Positions 55,331 through 64,000 of a stretch of 64,000 bases of DNA are shown here, in pieces. Source of the DNA: the human T2T-CHM13v2.0 reference genome, Homo sapiens; assembly GCF_009914755.1 (NCBI RefSeq), contig NC_060929.1; one strand, given 5' to 3'. The stretch's first letter is position 1. Each line of letters starts with the position of its first letter. The notes beneath the pieces are model-generated. The model had not been told where the DNA came from. It saw only the letters and a program-made list of their open reading frames with translations, and did not search any database. Made by a program: the position numbers and the translations under genes.

Positions 55331-57107
55331 ATTCTGATCACTGCAAGACCCCCACCCCCAATACTCCCAATTGTACCACCCCACCCCACTCACCAGTGTC
55401 TCAGAAATGCCTCCTCCAGAAGGAAGGCATCCTGTCTAACCCACTGCTTCTAGCCAAGCTGTCTTTCTTCAGAAGGTAGAAAAAGATTGTTAGTCATTGT
55501 TTAATCTTTATTGAGTATATACCGCCACACCAATTGCACTGCCATTCATTATCTCATTTAAATCTGACAAGAGCCTTGTAAAGTAGGGATTATTCCCACC
55601 ATTTCCCAGATGTTGAAACTGAAATTGATAAACACGACATGTTGCCATGGCTACATGAAGATCTCCAAGCCGGAGGATCTCCACCCTCACCTGCCTAGCT
55701 TCCCAGACCTCTCTGCAGAAAAGGGACTGACCCCCAAGACAGCCCTGGCCTCTGGGCTCCACCCCTTCCACATCCATCCCAGGGCCGCTGAGGACTGAAG
55801 AGTTCTCCACGTTTGCCCTTTAAAGTGACTTAAAAATAATCTTTATGAATTTCTTCATATACAAAATTTGTACTTACTCATTGCAGCAAATTTAGAAAAT
55901 ACACATAAGCAAAAAAGAACGTAACAGCCATCCATAACCCTAACTCTCAGAGATCACCACTATTAAAATGTTTATTATCTAAGAGAGAGATGATATAGAC
56001 AAAGATGAGACAGATTGACACAGAGAAGATGGGTACATGATAGATATTTTCTGTTTTATAACCCTTGCTTTTTCTTGCACTTCTAGGAATTTTTCTGAGA
56101 ACTAATCTGAAATCTGCACAGGGTCCCCACGTCTCGGATCCTCATCCCATTGCCTCCCACCTTCTTGAACTTTGCTTCAATAATTATCACACCTCCTTTG
56201 CATGTTTAATCTTCCCCCTTTTAATGACAACTACCAAGACCTGTTTCCTAGTGCAGGGTCATGAGGTAACTAAAATAAGAATTAAATTGCTCTGTGAAAA
56301 AAAAAAAAAAAAAAAAAAGTTTTACAGTCCCAGGAGATTTTCTCCAGCCTTATCATATTGTTGATACCATAGGGTCAGTTCTGAAGCTGAGCCCAACTCA
56401 GCCCTAAGCTTTCTAAAGGGGAATTGCCAGGTCCCCTGGTATTCCAGCTGAAACCTCAAACATCCTAAATTGTAGGCTCTATTAACTAATAAGGAGAAAC
56501 ACACTTCCTTCCCCTTCCCATGACTTGTAGGGAGTCTAGGGTCTCAGGCCTATGTCACAGGCCCTCGATTGCCATGAGTCAGCAAGGAGAGGAAGGACAC
56601 GAAGCCAGCAGGCAGAGAGCTGGCCCCACAGAGCCATCCTCCGTGAAGCCCCAGCAAACGGGAGGGACCAAGTTTGTTTCAGTTTTCCTAAAAATAACAA
56701 GACTGTATTTTCTTTGCTGTTGGCTGTCCCTAAAACTGTTAACATGGGTTCCCAGCCTGGCACAATGTGGTCCATGCCTGCCTCCCACATACCTGCCTCC
56801 CACCCCTCTGGGCCTTGTTCCCTTCATCCCAGCCTCCAGACACACCTGCCTCCTGTCATCTCTAGAGCAGGCTTATCTTGTTCTCCTGTGGGCTCCTTGT
56901 AGAGGATGTTCCCTCTGCCCAGAACGCTCTCCCTCACTCATCACCTGTTGGTCCCCTTCTCCTCCTTCCAGGCTCTGTGTCAAGGCCACCACAGAGAAGC
57001 CTTGCGGTTATGTTTAGTTCTTCCTGCCTAAGTTCGCATGGTAACCCATACCTTTCCTCCATCATAATTTGCTCAACTGTAATCAAACATTATTTTTAAA
57101 AAATCAT

Positions 57108-57316
57108 TCCAGCCTGGGAAACAGTGAGAAACCCATCTCTACAAAATAAAAAATAAAAATTAGCTTGGCATTGTGGCATCTGCCCGTGGTCCCTGCTACT
57201 CAGGAGGCTGAGATGAAAGGATCACTTGAGCCTGGGAGGTTGGGGCTGTGGTAAGCCGTGATTGCCCCATTGCACTCCATTCTAGGCAACAGAGTGAGAC
57301 CCTGTCTCAAAAAAAA
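57108..57316 (+). mobile_element. 5'-truncated AluJ inside an L2
   Basis: Begins at ccagcctggg of the left arm; J-type right arm (ggatcacttgagcctgggagg). Confidence 0.88.
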
Positions 57317-59470
57317 TATTATTCATTTAATATCTGTTGCCACCACAGGACTGATCCCTCTGTGAGGGCAGAGATTGTTCATGCATGGAATTGTGATTTA
57401 TAAGCACTGGCTCTGGAGCCAGGTTGCCTGAGCACGGAGCCAGCTGTGCCCTGCGGGACACCTGTGGCACACTTCACTCCTGGGACACCTGGGACACGCA
57501 CACAATAGAAATGTTCACATTTTACTAGGCAATGCCAGTCACATAGTCCTACCTAATTTCAAAAGGGTAAAAGGTACACCCAACACGCATCAGGAAGGAG
57601 GAGGACCAGAAATTGTTGGTGACAAGCACAAATGACCACCCCAATATAATATTTTGTTTGGAAGGCATTTTATTCCACAAAAACAACATTACAATAAACA
57701 CAACAACAAAACACTGGTTGCAGTAGAACCAACTTTCCAGACCTATCTGCACAGCACAACCATTATCCCACTCAAAATGTCATGTTTTTACCCAAAACAT
57801 TAAAATTTTAAAAGCAATTCAAACCCATAGCTTAAAAAATGTTCCAACCAGTAATAAAAGGAAAAGTGTGCCTCCTCCTCCCAACTTCCCTACCCCACAA
57901 TCGCAAGATATTATCCTTATAGGCGAAAAGGGTTTCAGGATTTGAGATGCAGGCTGGGAGGTCTGAGAAGACTTCCTATAGAAGACATGACTTCAAACTC
58001 TTTCTTGTATGTGAGATTTAATTTTCAAAGACTCCTCTGATCCAACTTAAGCTTTATGGTAAATCACCTTGGGACTTAAATGATGAGAAGCACTGCTATC
58101 TCACAGTGAGAAATTCAGAAGGGCTGGGAGTTCCAAGTCAGAGCTCTGATCTGGAAAGTTCCATCAAAGCGTCACTCCAGGCTTAGCGGTTGCCACCCAC
58201 CACTCGTCAGACTAAACAGCCTCAGAGCCCTGTGACCTGCTAATGTATTCACAAACTAACTCAGCTAATTAATCCCAGCTCATTCATCCTCTCAAACTAT
58301 GCAAGTCTTCCAGCTGGCCCTCCGGCTTGCTGCCCTGGCTAATGGAGTGTTACGTGGACTCTCTGTAGGTTGCACCTTACTCGCAGCCAAGCAAAGGCAC
58401 TCATTAAGAAGCTGAGCCCCAGGGCTCCCCCATGAGTGGGGAGGAAACTCATGAGTGCCTTCTATATGCCAGCGCTCTATCTGCAGGGGTTCTTTTGATA
58501 GCAGCAGACTGAGAGATGATGTTACTGTCCCCTTTTTCCTGTTGTTGGCAACTGAGACTCAGAGGATGGAAGTGACTTGCTCAGGTCCACCACCTCTTCA
58601 GCTGTGGAGCTGCGACAGGAGCCTTTGTTTGACTTCAAAGCTCACCATCACTCCTCTCTCACTGATGCTCAAGTGGGCTATCACCTCGCCTTTCCTGAGC
58701 CTTCCTTCGCTATCCTAAAACAGCGCCTCCCGAAATCACCACTAAAGAACTTATTCATGTAACCAAACACCAGCGGTTCCCCTAAAAACCTATGGAAATA
58801 AAAATTAAAAATAAAAACAGTGCCTCCCATGACCCATGTCTCTCCAGTCCCATAACTCTGCTCTATTTCCATTCACAGCTCCATCCCCACCTTTATGTCT
58901 TTTGTTCACTGCTTTATCCCCAGTGCCTAGAAGAGTGCTTGGCACCTAGTAGACACTCAGTAAGTATTTGTCGAATGAGTTAATAAGGTTGTGAAAAGAA
59001 CGTTAGATTACTGGAAGGATTCATCTGAGTTTAATTCTGCTATGCTGGGAATCCAGTGTGCGGCCTTGGATGAAGCCAGTTCCCTCCCTGGGCCCCAGTA
59101 GCCACATCTGTACATTTAGAGGGCAGGAGAAAAGCCACACGCTCTGTGACTTATACAACTTGTTGCCCAGAGTGGAGGCTGCTTTGATGCTCAGAAAAAA
59201 GAAACAAACATGGAAATGCTAAATGGGTGGCAGAGAGCTTGAGGGAGGAAGGAGATGGGGAGGGTACTCTTGAAACTGTTTGGTGTCTTCCCTCCTGCCC
59301 CCTCAGTACCAATTGTCAAGTACAGAAAGTGAAGGAGACTTGTATTAGTGGAATTTGGTCCCTGACTTGTTATAGAGACACAATTACAAAGACACAAGAG
59401 TGGGCCCAGCAGAGACCCTTAGGGTGGTCCCTTGAGGTTCCAAAGCATCTGCCCATCAAGCAGATGATGT

Positions 59471-59786
59471 GATTAGTCTCTGTGACCCCAAGGATGCCTC
59501 CTGAAATTGCTGATTCAATTTCTCCTAATAAAATAGGAACAATAATTAGCTAATAAGAAATCAACAATTAAAGCTATGAGAGAATTAAGTGAGATCATGT
59601 AAGCAAAGTACATGTCACAGTGCTCTGCAAATAGGCAGTGCTCAGAAGTGTCACCTTTTCTCTTTCTTCTCTGAGCCTCCGTCTTCTCTTCGGTAAAATG
59701 AGAATAATATTATGCATACCTCACAGGGGTTAAGCAATGTGAAAGTACTCTGTAAAGTATAAGGCTGAAATGTACTGGGCTCAGAA
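59471..59786 (+). repeat. 316-bp direct repeat, copy 1
   Basis: GATTAGTCTCTGTGACC...TGTACTGGGCTCAGAA; identical by eye along its whole length to 60942-61257 (offset 1471). Confidence 0.95.
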
Positions 59787-60230
59787 CCTATAGGTCTGTT
59801 CCATTCTCGACACACGTGATATTAGCAGCACGGTACATTTAAGGACACGGCTTGATTCTTTAATCACAGGGCATCCTGTCTTCTCCACATTGCTTGGGAC
59901 CCCAAAAAATGAAGTTCTGTCATGTCTCTAGACCACCACCAAACACATAAAAGTCACTTAGGAAAACATGGTAGGAGGCAGAGGAAAGGAATTGTTGAAC
60001 AGGGATTGCAGATTCAGGTATATAAACGAGTGATGATGACTCTAACAACAGCTCTTGGTCTTAGTGTTGGAAATGTAATAGGGAGTAGTGGGGACTGCGG
60101 TTTAATTGTTGCCGTGTGGGAATGTGGGCCTGGCATGGCCATAATTTCAGATTTCTAAAGGAAAGCCAAAAGTTCATATTTTTATGTGAAATAAATGTTG
60201 ATAAAGTTCACACTTAAATGAAGTGAAACA

Positions 60231-60377
60231 GACCAGGGCTGGTGGTTTATACCTGTAATTCCAGTGCTTTAAGAGGCCGAGGCAGGAGGATCACTTGAGG
60301 CCAGGAGTTCAAGGCTAGTCTGGGCAACACAGTGAGACCCCATCTCTACCAAAAAAAAATTAATTTAAAAAATAAAA
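60231..60377 (+). mobile_element. FLAM / free left Alu monomer
   Basis: Single monomer with A tail; TSD GAAGTGAAACA at 60220-60230 and 60378-60388. Confidence 0.88.
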
Positions 60378-60941
60378 GAAGTGAAACAACAGTACCCTGT
60401 GGGCTGCCAGATTGTGATTTCTGAACTAAACTGTCAGATTACAAAGTTACCCGCTAAATTAGCCAAATACTTTCCAGATATTCCCTGGGCCACTGTCTCG
60501 GGACTCTTAATATATTTTCCAATTAGTTCCTTTTAGTGCTACATACACACTTTTAGCAAATAATGAGCACTTACTAGTCACTTTCTATGTGCAAAGCAGA
60601 TATTAGACATCACAGAGGGAGTGAGATACCGAAAACAAAAATAAAACAAAAATAAGCACAAGACACAATCTCCGCCTACCCCACCCTTGAATATGAAAAC
60701 TGTGACACCCAAAGGTAGATTTTGATACCTGCTGGGTGATTGCTAGAGATAATAAGTGCTTTGGGAATTTGGACAGAGAGAGCTTTTTTTTGCAGTGGTC
60801 TGAGAGAGCTGCCCAGAGGAGATGGCACTTACGCCATGTTTTAAGGGTGGATAGGATTAGTGCCAGATGATCACATGCTCTGGTAGACAGGGGTCTGTGC
60901 ACCAGTAGATTCTGGGGCTATTGCAGAGGACTCATGACAGG

Positions 60942-61257
60942 GATTAGTCTCTGTGACCCCAAGGATGCCTCCTGAAATTGCTGATTCAATTTCTCCTAAT
61001 AAAATAGGAACAATAATTAGCTAATAAGAAATCAACAATTAAAGCTATGAGAGAATTAAGTGAGATCATGTAAGCAAAGTACATGTCACAGTGCTCTGCA
61101 AATAGGCAGTGCTCAGAAGTGTCACCTTTTCTCTTTCTTCTCTGAGCCTCCGTCTTCTCTTCGGTAAAATGAGAATAATATTATGCATACCTCACAGGGG
61201 TTAAGCAATGTGAAAGTACTCTGTAAAGTATAAGGCTGAAATGTACTGGGCTCAGAA
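60942..61257 (+). repeat. 316-bp direct repeat, copy 2
   Basis: Identical to 59471-59786; flanks diverge immediately on both sides. Confidence 0.95.
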
Positions 61258-64000
61258 TTGGGGAATCGTCTGGAAAGGTAGACCAGGGCCCTAGCGTGGA
61301 CTCTTCAGCGCCAGCAGGAAAATCTAGGCTCTGTCTTGAAGGTTCCTCAGCAGGAAGGTGGGGGGTTGTTGTGGGGTGAATCTGATGGAAAGGGATTCCT
61401 CCTCCTCCTCCTGCTTTCTCCAGGGTGAGGAATCTAGGCACTAGCCCTGGGGCCCCTCCAGGTCCCACTCTTCACCTCTTGTTTTTTATTTCTCCTGCCA
61501 TACAACCTTCTTTTTATTTAAAATAGATTTAAGCAGGATAGAGCCCCCTCCCCCACCATCAAGGCTGTTTCCTTGTAGGTGGGGGGATGCCTTCATGGTA
61601 ATGATGTAGACCCTGAGACAATATAGAGAGGCAGCAGGGCTTGGAAACAGGCAGTATTTCCTCTTTTTATGATGGTTTCATTTTACATTTTTATTGGCCT
61701 TTCACTGATTGCTCCCGGGCTCTCTGGCAGGATGTGAGATGCGCTGACATTTATAGAAATCAATACATTAATAAATCACGAAGTTCATAATGTCTGATTT
61801 GCTTCTAAATGAGACAGAACTATTATCGCCATAAAGTTGCACATAAAATATGCCCAATTGTGATGTATTGTGTAGTCTAATCAAAGGCATTTGAGTGAAT
61901 AACCTTTCCCCAAAAGAAGGAAACAATCAAAGCTGAATAACTTCATTAATAATTCAAGGTGTGTCTGCCAAGGCTTCATTTATTAAGTGCACAGTTAAGA
62001 GGCTTCAGAGCTGAATCCTGGAGAGGATAGCACCTTGCCATCTTCTCCCTGCCTCTGGGCAGGCGGATATACATTCTCAGATGAACTGACTGCACTCCTT
62101 GCATCTGGAAGTTCATGTTCCAGTGGAGGGTAATGCCCAGTTGACTTCTTCAGCTAAGAGATGGCCCGTAACAGTGCTCATGGACTGTCCGGATTCTTAA
62201 GGGCAGAGGAGCCAGAGCCAGGAAATGTCCTTAGTGGCCATCAGTTGTTATGTCTGTTCACTAATGTTCCAGGCCCTATGCTTCTGGTGTCCACCACCCA
62301 CAGACCCCCTGTTCTGTTCCACGGACTGAGATGATCAACAGTCTTTCATCCAGAGGGTTGTGTTTGCTGGTGGCCATTACCTTTAACATAAAACGATCAT
62401 ATTTACTTTATCCTATTCATGTCCAACCTCAACTGACAATTGAGTTGTGTCTCTGACAATAAATAGCAGAAAAAGGAAATCTTCCTATACTGAAGAGAAA
62501 CACAATTAATTAACTAGATCCATCAGGAAAGGTACAATCATGATTGAGACAGTGTTTAACAGATGTGACTATTGGATTCTGTTGTTGAGAATGACCCTTA
62601 AAATCACAGTCAAAATATACGACAAGATGGAAATAACATTTTTGAGCACCTACTATGCATGTAGAGCATCTTACATACCTTATCTCACTTAGATTTACAG
62701 CTGCAAGGTGGGTATGATTCTAGCTTGAATTAGTCTAATAACCATATACCTCCTAGGGGCAGTGAGATGATTAGATCAATTCTAAAACTATTACCATGCT
62801 CTCTGAGCTCACCAAGACAGGCAGTTAATACAAGGATACATTAATACCGAATCCAGCAAAAGCTCACATGGCCAGCTTCCATTATGTTCCTATTTGTGAT
62901 TATTCTGTATCAAGCACAGAAATGTATGTTCACACGAACAACAAAGAAGGGGTTTATTAGTGTGGATTACAGGGCCTAAGCCTACCCTCTGAAACTGGTT
63001 TTGGAGTCTTTAGCACGCTTGTTTGGGACAGTTAAACATGTGCCAGCTATTCTAAAACAGTAGCAGTAATGTGATAGAGCTGGGTCATACCGTGCTTCCC
63101 AAAGTATGATCACTTCATTTCAACAACTTCACACTAACAGCCTGAACTGGGCTGTGAAGGGAATATTTAGACCAAGGAAACTGGAAAACTGTATCAATCA
63201 GGCTTTTCCACCCTCCCCAAGAGCCAGTTGTCAGATATCTACCAGCCTACCAACGCTAGCTCTCTAATCAGAAACCATCACTTAGCAAGTTCCCAAATTA
63301 TCTGCAGAGCAATGAACTCCTCTTCTTCAGAAAGCAGGCTGAAAGATACACTGTTCACATCTTAGCCTGACCTGGACCCAGTGAGTTTCCATCAGTGAGA
63401 AAATTCTGTGCTAACTTGAGATAATACTATTCTTGTGGCAATTTTACTTTTCCTTTGAGCGATTCCTTCAACCTCTCTCTGCCCCTTCATTTTTCCGTCT
63501 TAAAACTAAAAGTGCCCTTTCTCCCTGGACACTCCTCATTTGCAATGAATTGTCATTTCAGCTCCTCAGTCAAGAGGAGTAATGAAATCCCACCCGTGTT
63601 AATCCTCTTATATCCCGCAGAAATATTGTAGACCCACTCACCCTAGGCAACATGCCCTCTCTCTTCAACACAGGTCATCAATTGTTCATTTACTGGCTAT
63701 CTCCATGTACTGGAACTTCAGGGTGGTGTCCAGCTGGGTTCAAAGGAGAAACAGTGGGAAGTTTCTCCACTGCCACCTGAATTAGATGAGAAAGAGTTGT
63801 CTACTGAAATACACTAGCTGGTGGCAGGATTGGGACGTCATTTGACTAATTGCCTCCTAGAGCTGCAGAGACTGCTGGAACTACCTAAGTAAATCATCAA
63901 AAAAAAAAAAAAAAAAAATCATCCCAGGGCACTTTTTCCAGACAAAAAGGTCCACTTAAAACATCCTCTAGAGATCTGTGCCTGAAGCTGAGCTGCTGCA

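Noticed and set aside
56283-56318. A22 run preceded by TAAATTGCTCTGT, which also occurs at the Alu TSD near 32386
   Set aside because: No TSD pair or retrocopy body is visible; a 13-bp match 24 kb apart is compatible with chance.
59471-61257. Direct repeats as LTRs of a small retroelement
   Set aside because: No TG...CA termini, primer-binding site, polypurine tract or TSD; the spacer is ordinary old repeat-laden DNA.

Overview
Primate (human-like) genomic DNA, almost all intronic and rich in old repeats (L1M, L2, MIR, MaLR LTRs, hAT/mariner MITEs) plus about a dozen Alus. No prokaryotic features are present. The key signal, missed by the ORF track, is a 109-nt + strand coding exon at 37801-37909 (MWAEGESEGLQTLGIVVVVCSSLKLLHYLGLIDLSD, phase-1 donor ACG|GTAAGC). 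It encodes a transmembrane/KISD-type KChIP N-terminus. It resembles but is not identical to the KChIP4e, 4a, 2x and 3x N-termini as I recall them, so by exclusion the window is most likely the large first intron of KCNIP1. The exon lies in a CpG-enriched promoter with a near-canonical RE1/NRSE (REST) site at 38084-38104 and a second donor at 38170. Also notable: a perfect 316-bp direct repeat (59471-59786 and 60942-61257) that predicts a 1471-bp deletion allele, a second candidate in-frame first exon at 8826-8910, and several motif-dense non-repeat blocks. The gene assignment rests on recalled protein similarity; no database search was run.
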